From NCBI GenBank assembly GCA_032185465.1, contig GCA_032185465.1_4549.1: a stretch of 40,535 nucleotides of DNA. One strand, written 5' to 3'. The position numbers and the translations under genes were made by a program. The DNA comes from a phage. The notes under the pieces were generated by a model. The model searched no databases, was not told where the DNA came from, and was given only the letters and a program-made list of their open reading frames with translations. Shown in pieces: positions 17,444 to 26,244 of the stretch; position 1 is the stretch's first letter, and each line of letters starts with the position of its first letter.

Positions 17444-20125
17444 TTAAGCGAATGCAAAGTCTGAAGACAAGATGTCTTCGATATTCAGTTTACCTTTCTT
17501 CGGAAGCTCAGGCAACTTGTCGCGCTGACTTTCATGAAGCTGGTATTCAAACTGCTCGTAGAAGTCAAGCAGCACATCGTTATCGCGGTAAGTCTCTACC
17601 ATCGTCTCACGGACGCCACGGAACAGATACTCAGCGTCAGCCGGGATGGTCCCGAAGCTATCGTGAATCACTGCGAATGACATCACGCCATACTTTCGGT
17701 GAGTGTGGACTACAGTCTTGCGGAGGTGGCTACCATCTTGTGAGTGGACGAAGTTCGGGCTAATGCCTGACTCCTGCTTGTGCTTGTCCAGCTCTTTCTT
17801 CGTACCTTTGTTGACCGTAGGTTGAAGGTTGAAGGACCCTAAGAACATCAGGTTCAGACGAGTGGTATCCTTCTTGCGGTATTCCTGCCAGACCGGGAAC
17901 CCATCAGGTGTGACCCAGTGTACCGGAAGGCATGGCTTCAGGATTTCACCAGTCTTCTTGTCCTTCACTTCAGCAGCCAGCAGCTTGGCGGCACCTTGAA
18001 GCCACTTCATCGCGTCAACCGCAGCAACTACTGTCACACTCACAGCTTCCCAAATCATCTTAGCCATGAAGCGAGACGCTTGGCTTGGCTCGGTGAACAT
18101 TGCTCCCTTACCGGAGTCAATCGCTGGCATCACGGTGTCTTCGAACACTTGGTCGGCGAACCCATACTCTTTCGACCCGTAGGCCAGAGTCATGACCGAG
18201 CGCTTAGTGACCGAGCGAGACATACCGAATTGCAGCCACTGACGCGCAAGACTCTTGGTCCCAAGCTTCAGGCGTTCGCTGATTTCCCCAGTCTTCTTGT
18301 CCTCTACGGTCACCAGCTCGTCGTCCGTACCGCTCAGTAATAGCTCTTTCAACTGGTCTGACACACGGTCTGAGACTATACGGTAGATGTCCTGCACCTG
18401 ACCAGACGGCGTTAAGTTCACTGCATGTCCGCCTACGTGGTCCCTCAGCATCGCGCTGAAGTGCTGAATCCCCGAACACGAGCCGTCGAAGGCAATCGGA
18501 AGTGAGCAATTGTAGGTCAAGCCATGGTTCATCACCCCAGAATACTCGAAGCAAGCCGCTAGGAAGCAGAAGGGGCTGTCCATACTCCCCCACCACTCGA
18601 TGCTGTCCATCGGTGATTTGGCTGCTGCCAGAATGTTCTCGTGATTGTCTTCCACCCATTTGATACGCTCCTCAAAGGTTACCTTATCGACACCCGCGCA
18701 GTTGGCGGTGTGGACTTTAAGCCATTTGAAACCATCCGCCCCGATAGGCTTTCCGACCGCCAGAGTCAGTAGACCCTTCTGCATGTCGTTACCCTGAGGG
18801 TTGAACATCGGGACAGCGTAGACACGACCTCGCCAATCCATGTTGTACGGGAACCAGATGGCCTTAAACTGTGAGAACTTGTTGGCCTGTGATACGATGA
18901 AACTCATGGACAATCTGCGTGACTGTCTGGCCTTCTCGCGGCGATAGATACCAGCAGCAGCCTTCTTCCATGCCTTGAGTTCCTCCTCGGTTTCACCAGA
19001 ATAGTCCTCAGGCTTCAGCGGTTCCATCTGAGGGATGTCATCAATAGGCGTGTTGTTCAGCTTCTCGACCATGTTCACCACGTCCAGAACCTTCTTGTTA
19101 ACTTTCCAAGGTGTATTCTGAATGATGTTCACAGCGTCATAGACTTCAGGCATGTATACGTCTTCATAACGTGCTACCGCAGACTTAGACCCTAAGCGAA
19201 TCAATGGTAACGGTCTGCGACCTTTGGCCCAGTACCCACCACCTACGACACCAGTCCACGGCTTAGGTGGAACGACGCAAGGCTGGTAGACTGGAGCGAT
19301 ACCCGCAAGGCTGAATCCTCGTTGTGCCATCTTCTTGACCCAGAAGTCTGACAGGTGGACCATCTCTACGTCAGCCGCTGCATTACCAGCACCGTACCGC
19401 TTAAGCTCGACCAGTTGTGTTGACTGGATGACAATCTCGAGCATCTTGATGCCAACGTGGACAGCCTCTGTAGGACTCCAAGTCCCCCATGCATCTTCCA
19501 GTTGGCCTTGCTCCAGCATGGACGCCTCGACCGCTTGCATGTAGGCTTTCTTGTAGGATGCCCCAGCTCGCTTGTTCAGGTTCTCAGCTATCGCCTTCTT
19601 GAAGTGCTCCTTCTCTTTGTCACGGATGCGACCGAAGCGGATTTCGTCCTCAAGTGTGCGACCTATCGCGGAGGCCATCGGTGTAATCGGTATCCCTTCA
19701 GGCTTGACCAGCTTGGAGAGTATGACCTTCAGTATGATAACCGCAGCGGACTCACAGGAGATGCGCATAGAGCGGTCCTTTACGGCCTTCTCTTCAGTGC
19801 TCAACATGGTGAACGCTACGCTAGGACGCGAGGTTGACAGCTTCCCGTCTAGGCCTTCGTGCCACTCCCTGACGGCTTGCGCAATCTTAGGGACCAGAGT
19901 CTGCATCAAAGGCTTGGCGACCTGATTGTCTGCCAGTTCCCCGCGCTCAGTCTGCCGCTCAAGGTTCTTGATGAAACGTCGCTCGCCTTCTGTATATGCC
20001 TCATGCTCAAGCTGAAGCTGTTTGACTGCAAGGTCTTGCCCGTAGTGGTCAGCCAGCAGGTTAAACGGCTCAATGGCGTTCGACACATCAGAGAAGTCGT
20101 GTTTGTCAATAGAGATGACGCTCAT
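17444..20125 (-). CDS. T7-type single-subunit DNA-directed RNA polymerase, gp1-like
   Basis: 893 aa; near full-length colinearity with T7 RNAP (KARKSRR, WFPYNMDWRGRVYA, LPLAFDGSCSGIQHFSAMLRD, VTKRSVMTLAYGSKEFGF, PNFVHSQDGSHLRKTVV, HDSFGT, C-terminal FAFA). Confidence 0.98.
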   Translation of the reverse strand: MSVISIDKHDFSDVSNAIEPFNLLADHYGQDLAVKQLQLEHEAYTEGERRFIKNLERQTERGELADNQVAKPLMQTLVPKIAQAVREWHEGLDGKLSTSRPSVAFTMLSTEEKAVKDRSMRISCESAAVIILKVILSKLVKPEGIPITPMASAIGRTLEDEIRFGRIRDKEKEHFKKAIAENLNKRAGASYKKAYMQAVEASMLEQGQLEDAWGTWSPTEAVHVGIKMLEIVIQSTQLVELKRYGAGNAAADVEMVHLSDFWVKKMAQRGFSLAGIAPVYQPCVVPPKPWTGVVGGGYWAKGRRPLPLIRLGSKSAVARYEDVYMPEVYDAVNIIQNTPWKVNKKVLDVVNMVEKLNNTPIDDIPQMEPLKPEDYSGETEEELKAWKKAAAGIYRREKARQSRRLSMSFIVSQANKFSQFKAIWFPYNMDWRGRVYAVPMFNPQGNDMQKGLLTLAVGKPIGADGFKWLKVHTANCAGVDKVTFEERIKWVEDNHENILAAAKSPMDSIEWWGSMDSPFCFLAACFEYSGVMNHGLTYNCSLPIAFDGSCSGIQHFSAMLRDHVGGHAVNLTPSGQVQDIYRIVSDRVSDQLKELLLSGTDDELVTVEDKKTGEISERLKLGTKSLARQWLQFGMSRSVTKRSVMTLAYGSKEYGFADQVFEDTVMPAIDSGKGAMFTEPSQASRFMAKMIWEAVSVTVVAAVDAMKWLQGAAKLLAAEVKDKKTGEILKPCLPVHWVTPDGFPVWQEYRKKDTTRLNLMFLGSFNLQPTVNKGTKKELDKHKQESGISPNFVHSQDGSHLRKTVVHTHRKYGVMSFAVIHDSFGTIPADAEYLFRGVRETMVETYRDNDVLLDFYEQFEYQLHESQRDKLPELPKKGKLNIEDILSSDFAFA

Positions 20126-20194
20126 ACTTAAAGTCCTTGTTATTAGTCTTTCACTTAGAGTCTCTTTGGTCTTTCACTTGGAGTCTTAGACCTT

Positions 20195-20217
20195 GAGTCC
20201 TATAGTGATAGTTAAGT
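20195..20217 (-). promoter_or_regulatory. phage RNAP promoter immediately upstream of the RNAP gene: ACTTAACTATCACTATAGGACTC
   Basis: Near-consensus promoter whose +1 lies about 75 nt upstream of the RNAP ATG; the leader carries a direct repeat gtctttcactt(a/g)gagtct. Confidence 0.7.
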
Positions 20218-20222
20218 CAGAA

Positions 20223-20549
20223 TTACTTGCATATCAGCGGGTTAGCGTGGAGATGACTGAAGTCACCATGAGTCGTGTGCTTGATGGTTGACCGTTGGTC
20301 TATCGCCTTCCAGCCTGAGACTAAAAGTTTACCATCGTCAGTGATTGGTCGTCCACCATACACCAGACACATCAGTTCGGACTTATGGCCCTCAGCCCGG
20401 AGTCTTGCTTGCAGTACCCGGTCCCGCTCCTGCTGTTGACGTGCGGAGTGACTTGACGTTCCGTGACGATACCCGGTAGCCAGTAGGCTTAACATTTGCA
20501 TGTCTGCGTCCATAGAGTGTACCAGATTAATCCCGTATGACTTGTTCAT
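20223..20549 (-). CDS. hypothetical early protein, 108 aa
   Basis: ATG-initiated ORF in the gene 0.7 position; no kinase motifs and no recognised homology. Confidence 0.55.
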   Translation of the reverse strand: MNKSYGINLVHSMDADMQMLSLLATGYRHGTSSHSARQQQERDRVLQARLRAEGHKSELMCLVYGGRPITDDGKLLVSGWKAIDQRSTIKHTTHGDFSHLHANPLICK

Positions 20550-20923
20550 TACAGTTTGCTCCCAAGTGTTGCTGTATCCCAGACGTTCGCTAAGTTACGC
20601 ATGAATCGTCCGTTAGGTTGACGTACAGTCCAGCTACCCAGACGTACATATTTGAATTTGTAGACTTTACGCGCTTTGTTGATGTCTCTCACCAGCACGT
20701 AGGCGATAAGTCCATAGCCTATGGCTATCAATAGTGCGATACTCATAGTCATAAGCCCCATAACAGTTGAGTAAGGACCGGTAGTTTGCAGACTAGAGTA
20801 AACATTCCCCACGCTACGAAGCCTGAGATAGTCCAGATGATTGCAGTGCTCATAGTTAACTCCTATCAATGTAAGTGGTAATCTTTGAGGCCACCTATCA
20901 GTCGATGACCTCTCGTCTATCAC
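20549..20923 (-). CDS. hypothetical early protein with one predicted transmembrane segment (start uncertain)
   Basis: Track ORF starts at GTG 20923; internal ATGs at 20761/20752/20746 precede hydrophobic MSIALLIAIGYGLIAYVLV. Stop overlaps the next ATG (TAATG). Confidence 0.45.
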   Translation of the reverse strand: MIDERSSTDRWPQRLPLTLIGVNYEHCNHLDYLRLRSVGNVYSSLQTTGPYSTVMGLMTMSIALLIAIGYGLIAYVLVRDINKARKVYKFKYVRLGSWTVRQPNGRFMRNLANVWDTATLGSKL

Positions 20924-20985
20924 TCAGTACCATCACGTCAGTGTTATGGTCAAGCTATGATTTGGTTCTCTCCTGTTTATTTAGG

Positions 20986-21213
20986 TTACTCGCCGTCTCC
21001 TTCTGTAAGGCTATCGTCTATTAATTCAAATTTACCGTTTGAGTGTTGGATAGCCTCTTGTCCGCAATGGTCGCAAACCACCAGTTTATCGAACCCGTCA
21101 AACTCGTCACCTGCTACGCAAGAAAGTACGAATTTATGATTGGTGCATACTTCTTGCGTTTCACCGAAAATTGCTCGAAAACCTTTGGTTATGGCACCAG
21201 TGATTGTGTTCAT
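20986..21213 (-). CDS. hypothetical early protein, 75 aa, putative zinc ribbon (C-X7-C ... C-X2-C)
   Basis: ATG at 21213, preceded by the duplicated 70-bp leader element; four Cys arranged as a possible zinc ribbon. Confidence 0.55.
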   Translation of the reverse strand: MNTITGAITKGFRAIFGETQEVCTNHKFVLSCVAGDEFDGFDKLVVCDHCGQEAIQHSNGKFELIDDSLTEGDGE

Positions 21214-21218
21214 ATCTT

Positions 21219-21289
21219 CCCTCTCAGTTGTTAATGACTATCAGTCAGGGCCTTCAGATGTAGACTCAAAGACCCTGTAGTTAATCACT
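21219..21289 (-). repeat. 70-bp conserved leader element, copy 2 (putative RNase III hairpin upstream of second early gene)
   Basis: 69/70 identical to 22041-22110; RNA folds with stem CAGGGUCUU/AAGGCCCUG. Confidence 0.6.
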
Positions 21290-21525
21290 ATCGCTAGCAA
21301 GTATCGCGCTTCATCATCTCGTAGCACCCGTCGTAGAACGCTTGTTCGCTGCTATAAGTTATCTGGTGCATTGTTGGTTATCCTCATCGTGTAAGCTGTC
21401 GTGTATACGCTTGCGGCCCTCGTAGACCGCTTTCAGGTGACGCATAGTCGCATCGTGGTTTAACTGCCCGGTCTTGACCATAAGTCGGGCGTTGGTGACG
21501 TGGTGCTGGCATAAACCGTAAGTTA

Positions 21526-22032
21526 TCATCGCTCGCAGTCCTCAGCCGCAGGGTCGAACACTACGTTATCATTGATGTCTTCCACCTTCAGGTGGCGACC
21601 TGCCGCATAGTTAACCTTGGCACATGCAGTAGCAACCTCAAGAGCTACAGCTTGCACAATTATTGCGCCTGTTTTAGCGTCAACTACCCAATATTCATCC
21701 TCTTCGTCTGCCTCTTCATCCTCAAACCAGACTACATCCAAGCCATTAGACACATCGTTATAAAGCGCCTCATAGATGCGAGCTTGTAGGATACGCGTTA
21801 CGTCCTTGGTTTCAGGCATCATCCCAGAGTCTTCGAACTCGTGGTCTATACCATCAGCAGCCATCACCGTAAAAATCTCGTGGTAATAGTGCGGAACTTG
21901 ACCGTCTACGGCCTCATGCAGCGCATCGCTGTAGTCATCATCTTGAGTCAGGTGGTAGTACTGAATACGCTCGATAAATGCCTCAACGGTTGCAGCCAGC
22001 AGCTCATAGTATGCGTTAGCGTTACGTTCCAT
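21526..22032 (-). CDS. ocr: Ocr-like anti-restriction DNA-mimic protein (gp0.3) with about 50-aa C-terminal extension
   Basis: 168 aa; [45 protein letters not shown] colinear with T7 Ocr, acidic stretch follows; first gene after the host-type promoters. Confidence 0.85.
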   Translation of the reverse strand: MERNANAYYELLAATVEAFIERIQYYHLTQDDDYSDALHEAVDGQVPHYYHEIFTVMAADGIDHEFEDSGMMPETKDVTRILQARIYEALYNDVSNGLDVVWFEDEEADEEDEYWVVDAKTGAIIVQAVALEVATACAKVNYAAGRHLKVEDINDNVVFDPAAEDCER

Positions 22033-22040
22033 AGTTATAT

Positions 22041-22110
22041 CCTCTCAGTTGTTAGTGACTATCAGTCAGGGCCTTCAGATGTAGACTCAAAGACCCTGTA
22101 GTTAATCACT
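22041..22110 (-). repeat. 70-bp conserved leader element, copy 1 (R0.3-like hairpin upstream of ocr)
   Basis: Same element as 21219-21289; the preceding GCTCTTTAACAATCTGG block (minus strand) is conserved with the T7 early leader as I recall it. Confidence 0.6.
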
Positions 22111-22226
22111 GTCGGCGCACATTAAGAGTTTATCCAGATTGTTAAAGAGCATTCCCTTCAGTCAGAGGACTTCAGGTAGACCGTTTCAGTGTTGGTCGTC
22201 ACCGTTGTTTCGTGTTGATGTGGTAC

Positions 22227-22256
22227 ATACTACTTTAAGTCGGTACATCTTGTCAA
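22227..22256 (-). promoter_or_regulatory. host sigma70-type early promoter (T7 A2/A3-like): TTGACA-18-TAGTAT
   Basis: Minus strand TTGACAAGATGTACCGACTTAAAGTAGTATGTACCACAT; the -10/+1 context GTACCACAT matches recalled T7 A3. Confidence 0.55.
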
Positions 22257-22368
22257 CTACTTTCTGTCATCTGCCTGTTGTTCGTATGACTTATCAGGCT
22301 GTCTACTTAACCGGGATGACCCGGCGTCTTCACTATCCGGTTGTTGCCGTGTCGTGTTGACGGAAGCT

Positions 22369-22397
22369 ATTAAGCCATAGTCTGGACCTGTAGTCAA
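22369..22397 (-). promoter_or_regulatory. candidate host sigma70-type early promoter (A1 position): TTGACT-17-CTTAAT
   Basis: Perfect -35, weak -10; followed by CCGGTTAAGTAGACAGCCTGATAAGTC, nearly identical to the recalled T7 post-A1 region. Confidence 0.4.
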
Positions 22398-22554
22398 TAG
22401 GTAATCTTAAATAATATTGATTAAGCTATCGTCGGCCCCATAGTGACTAAGAGGATATAGTCTTTGACTAACATGTTTAAGACCTTAAGTCTATAGCTTT
22501 GTGTCTATTAACTGTGGGTCTATGACCGTAGGTGTTGGTGTCTTATGGTTGATA

Positions 22555-22645
22555 CTGTAGGTTAGTTAGACTGTAGGTTGTAGGACTGTAGGTTGTAGGA
22601 CTGTAGGTTGTAGGACTGTAGGTTGTAGGACTGTAGGTTGTAGGA
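22555..22645. repeat. tandem array: 5 perfect copies of 15-bp unit ctgtaggttgtagga plus one degenerate copy
   Basis: Direct reading of 22555-22645; lies just inside the left genome end, like the short repeats next to the T7 terminal repeat. Confidence 0.9.
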
Positions 22646-22649
22646 CCTA

Positions 22650-22867
22650 TGGTTATACAGATAGAGACTCAGAGACAGACCCATAGCCCCTACCTATCGT
22701 CCTGACCTCCAGCCATAGCCTAGACCTATCGTTGACCTAACGTCTTGACCATCGGTCCAACCTTATGATAGACTGGCTGTGACTGCAAGGAGTAGTAACG
22801 GGTAGGGCCTTTGGTCTTGACTTAAAGAGGGCCTATGGGGGAGACTTGAGGTTATTGAACTGTGAGA
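22650..22867 (-). repeat. candidate genome left terminus and direct terminal repeat (concatemer junction near 22867)
   Basis: Minus strand from 22867 reads TCTCACAGTTCAATAACCTCAAGTCTCCCCCATAGGCCCTCTTTAAG, matching the conserved T7/T3 left-end sequence as I recall it. Repeat length and inner boundary are not determinable here. Confidence 0.4.
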
Positions 22868-23106
22868 TGTGGTCTCAAACTTTTGGTCCAAAACTCATCG
22901 TCACTACTGTAGGCCACAGCTACTGTAGGTCAAGGACCGTAGGTCAGGCGACACTAGGATAGACCAATAAGTAGGATGACCCTAAGTGAGCTTCTATTAA
23001 GGTGTTACCTAAAGTCCTTGACTACAGTAGCTAAGGTCAGTAGAGTGAGTCTTTATCCACGTACTGACCTTAGGTCTTCCGCTCATGAATCGTTACCATG
23101 ATTGCG

Positions 23107-23265
23107 TTAATTACACTGAGACACCAGAGAACATACGAGAGTCTCGACCCACCCGACCCACTTACTTCCAGCAGTAACGCCAGCAGCAAGTAGAACAGCA
23201 GCAAGAAACCTGTATGTAGCTCGATTGGTCGCCAGAGCTTTAAGTACAGCTTTGGTCTTTGCCAT
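23107..23265 (-). CDS. small hydrophobic protein, 52 aa (gene 19.5 position)
   Basis: MAKTKAVLKALATNRATYRFLAAVLLAAGVTAGSKWVGWVETLVCSLVSQCN; ATG with GGAGGT upstream, downstream of the phiOR-like promoter. Below the ORF-track cutoff. Confidence 0.45.
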   Translation of the reverse strand: MAKTKAVLKALATNRATYRFLAAVLLAAGVTAGSKWVGWVETLVCSLVSQCN

Positions 23266-23445
23266 ATGCTACATACCTCCTGTATCTATGGTCGGTGACT
23301 ATCTATATTGGAGGGATTATGATTAATATCACCCTCCTTCCATCGGTGCAAGCCTTAGGTAAGAACTCGGAGTCTGCCTCCTAAGGTCTTGCATAAAGTC
23401 TGCATATGTATATTCACTACAGTAATACTATAAGTAACCGGGGGT

Positions 23446-23468
23446 CTTCCCTATAGTGATAGTTAAGT
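23446..23468 (-). promoter_or_regulatory. phage RNAP promoter near the right genome end (phiOR-like): ACTTAACTATCACTATAGGGAAG
   Basis: Consensus match about 100 bp after the large terminase stop. Confidence 0.8.
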
Positions 23469-23562
23469 CCAAACTCCTTATAAAACAGTAGGTTAGACTG
23501 GTAGTAACTATAGGTTACTAACTGCGTATTCATGCAGCTTTCACCCATAGTTATTCATTCAG

Positions 23563-25329
23563 CTAGTGGAACGTAACGTAGGACCCTAGTCCCAGCTCGT
23601 CGTCCGTATCGTGAGTTACCCGGACCCCATTGTCCCAGAACTCAGTGTGGATGGACTCGAAGCCTTTCCGTGGGTTCTCCATCTGTTCCTCCAGCCACTC
23701 CTCAGTGACTTCACGTTCGCCTTTGTTGGCATCCTTAGCCATAGACTCAACGAAGAACTGCACACCGATAGCCAGCGCATCAAGTCGGTCATCGTGTGCC
23801 AATGCTCCACGTTCACGAGAGATACGTGTCATCTGGTAGAAGAGAGAGTAGATAGGATTACGAACACCATCCTTATCAGAGGCAGACTGGTAATCTTGGA
23901 CGATAGCAGCAGCGTTAACGATAAGTCGGTGAGACCCCATGATAGGCTCCAGAACGTCACAGATGCGGAGTTCCTTCTGACCCTTACTCTTCACTTCAGT
24001 TACAGCAGCAGGATGAATACGGGAAGCTACAGGCTTGAATAGCTCAAGGTACATACCATCACCGAAGTTACCCTCAATGACGTATTCGTTGACCTTCCAC
24101 TTACGACCAATCTTAGCCAAGGCTTCCAGCGTAGAGTCTTCATAGCCACCTCGCATACCGCCAACTTCCATAGCGAAGATGTAGCCGTTTAGCTGGTACA
24201 GTACCGCATAACCAGTTTCATCCTTACCACGACCACTAGGGTCAATGACTAGAATCTTCTGGGTGTATGAGCTGAAGGCAGAACCTACAGTCTGATACGT
24301 GTGGTATGAGTCACCCATGAGTCCAACGTTAGGAACGTCCTCACGCTTGTTCTGAGGGTTAGGAAGCCATTGGTATATCATTGGGCTAGACGCTTGGTCC
24401 AAGTCTGCTACGATAAGGTCACGGAGCTTCAGAGGGTACTTCTCGGCATCACTCAGGTTAGGGTTAAGCATGAACTGTAGAGCGAAGCCAGCTTTGCCAT
24501 AGGACAACTCACGTTCCTTCAGGTCCGTATCATCGAATCGTACTTCATCGGTAGGACGCCAGTAGAAGGACTCAGGGTCCTCTTCCAGCTCTGCCTGAAG
24601 CATAGGAGCCAGACGGTCGCCGTAAGACTGCCAGTCCTTCTTATCACGTGGATAACGAGCAGGCCAGATAGTAGTGGTGTATCCACGGCCTTCCAGCTCA
24701 CGATACAAGGTCATCTCATTCTGAGGAGTACCCAGATAGATGATTGTACCTCCCGGCTTCAGGATAGCGTCGAACTCTTTCACAAGCTCTGACAGACGGT
24801 CTCGTGCGGCCTGAGTCGCTGAGTTGTTCGGAACCTCCACGTCATCAGCAATCAGGATGTCAGCACGACTACCAGTCAGCTGACCAGTGATACCAACGGA
24901 CTTAACCGAAGGTGAGTGGTCTGGCTTAGCTGGCCCAACGTCAAAGCTGATAACAGCATCTCGCTGCCCCTGCTTAGGTTTGAGTTCCTGAAGCTGAGGC
25001 ATGAGGTCGATGATTCGCTTGATGAAGATGGAGTTCGCATCGGCTCGTTCCTTTGAGGCCGACACAATCATGAACTTCAAGTCTGGGTTGTTCCATAGCT
25101 TCCAGACCACAAAGCCACAGGTCAGAAACGACTTGCCAATACCACGGAAAGCCTGAAGGATGAAGCGGCGATTATCACCAGCAGCCAGCTTCTTACACAT
25201 ATCTATCTGGCAGCGGGTTGGAACCGGAAGGCTTAGTGCTTTCCAGAGAACGAAGATGAAGAACACGAAGTCGTCCCTCATCCTTTGGGTCATTTCTGCC
25301 TGTCTTTCAGCAGGTGTTTTCTTAGACAT
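23563..25329 (-). CDS. terminase large subunit, gp19-like
   Basis: 588 aa; near full-length colinearity with T7 gp19 ([116 protein letters not shown]). Confidence 0.98.
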   Translation of the reverse strand: MSKKTPAERQAEMTQRMRDDFVFFIFVLWKALSLPVPTRCQIDMCKKLAAGDNRRFILQAFRGIGKSFLTCGFVVWKLWNNPDLKFMIVSASKERADANSIFIKRIIDLMPQLQELKPKQGQRDAVISFDVGPAKPDHSPSVKSVGITGQLTGSRADILIADDVEVPNNSATQAARDRLSELVKEFDAILKPGGTIIYLGTPQNEMTLYRELEGRGYTTTIWPARYPRDKKDWQSYGDRLAPMLQAELEEDPESFYWRPTDEVRFDDTDLKERELSYGKAGFALQFMLNPNLSDAEKYPLKLRDLIVADLDQASSPMIYQWLPNPQNKREDVPNVGLMGDSYHTYQTVGSAFSSYTQKILVIDPSGRGKDETGYAVLYQLNGYIFAMEVGGMRGGYEDSTLEALAKIGRKWKVNEYVIEGNFGDGMYLELFKPVASRIHPAAVTEVKSKGQKELRICDVLEPIMGSHRLIVNAAAIVQDYQSASDKDGVRNPIYSLFYQMTRISRERGALAHDDRLDALAIGVQFFVESMAKDANKGEREVTEEWLEEQMENPRKGFESIHTEFWDNGVRVTHDTDDELGLGSYVTFH

Positions 25330-25759
25330 AGAGTCCCTCCAGCATTAGGTCCCGGACAGCGATAGCCTCCTCTAGAGTGGGACGTGTTGTGCGCATATAG
25401 ACATTCCCGCGTTTAACCTGAATCCTATAACCATTCTGGTGACGGGTAACGCACTTCACTCCAGTCTTAGAGTCATAATGGCTACCAGTATTCCAAGTGT
25501 TTTCGGCGGCAGTAACGAGCCGTAAGTTACTTAAGGTATTATTGATGGGGTTCCTGTCGATGTGGTCTATTTGCATACCATGCGGTATAGGACCATTGGT
25601 TAGTTCCCATATCACACGGTGTGCCCGCTTACTGCCTAGACTTCGTGTCTGTACTATCCAATATCCCATCCGACTTAATGTCCCCACAGGCTTTCCAGTC
25701 CTAACGGAGACCAGACCGGAGGGACTCGCCGGGTCCACTTTGTAGTAATCACTTAACAC
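25322..25759 (-). CDS. HNH homing endonuclease with C-terminal AP2-like DNA-binding domain
   Basis: 145 aa; [41 protein letters not shown] then [30 protein letters not shown] start; overlaps the Rz stop and the terminase start. No T7 gene lies between 18.5 and 19. Confidence 0.85.
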   Translation of the reverse strand: MLSDYYKVDPASPSGLVSVRTGKPVGTLSRMGYWIVQTRSLGSKRAHRVIWELTNGPIPHGMQIDHIDRNPINNTLSNLRLVTAAENTWNTGSHYDSKTGVKCVTRHQNGYRIQVKRGNVYMRTTRPTLEEAIAVRDLMLEGLYV

Positions 25760-26186
25760 CTTGGAGCCTCCTTATTGTGTCCTGAAGCGCCTTCTCCTTA
25801 AGGTCTGCCTCCTGAGTTATTCGGATAAGACTTTTAGAAGTTTCTGGGTGTAGTTCGACTCTACCATTAGGGAAGCATCGACTGATATCCGACTCGGTGA
25901 GACCTGAGGTGTTGACTTTGACGCGCAGCCGCTTATTGTCAGACTGAAGGTCAGCAATAATCCTATCAGTGCTGCCTTCCAACGAGGACATTTCGTCCTG
26001 AAACCGTTTGGACACTTTGTTGACTTCAGCTTGGACAGCAAGCCTTGTATCTTCCGATGCCTTAAGATTCGAGGTGTATTCTGCATTGACCTTAGCCTCC
26101 CACTTATTGTTAGCGGTGTGGTAGCCACCAGCAAACATCACTGCTGCAAGTAACCACGGAGCCGCTCTCTTTAAAAATTCGAGCAT
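25749..26186 (-). CDS. i-spanin (Rz, gp18.5-like)
   Basis: 145 aa; N-terminal membrane anchor then coiled-coil-like charged region; after small terminase, with embedded Rz1. Confidence 0.85.
   Translation of the reverse strand: MLEFLKRAAPWLLAAVMFAGGYHTANNKWEAKVNAEYTSNLKASEDTRLAVQAEVNKVSKRFQDEMSSLEGSTDRIIADLQSDNKRLRVKVNTSGLTESDISRCFPNGRVELHPETSKSLIRITQEADLKEKALQDTIRRLQGVK
25817..26086 (-). CDS. o-spanin (Rz1, gp18.7-like) embedded out of frame in Rz
   Basis: PRWKAALIGLLLTFSLTISGCAS... with lipobox LTISGC and C-terminal SLMVE motif, colinear with recalled T7 gp18.7. Start set to ATG 26086; track ORF extends to 26134. Confidence 0.8.
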   Translation of the reverse strand: MQNTPRILRHRKIQGLLSKLKSTKCPNGFRTKCPRWKAALIGLLLTFSLTISGCASKSTPQVSPSRISVDASLMVESNYTQKLLKVLSE

Positions 26187-26244
26187 AGTTGCCCTCCCGG
26201 TTTATCAGATTTCACGTAGAGTTGCCTCCACTAGTTAGTGTTAA

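Noticed and set aside
18204-18659. 151-aa minus-strand ORF nested inside the RNA polymerase gene
   Set aside because: Alternative frame of a gene with end-to-end homology; Arg/Gly-rich composition typical of an off-frame artefact.
22139-22360. 73-aa plus-strand ORF in the early promoter region
   Set aside because: TTG start, opposite to all transcription signals, and it spans non-coding early control sequence.
22555-22645. Tandem 15-bp repeats as a possible CRISPR array
   Set aside because: Units are contiguous with no spacers, only 15 bp long, and sit at the genome terminus where T7-like phages carry short terminal-associated repeats.
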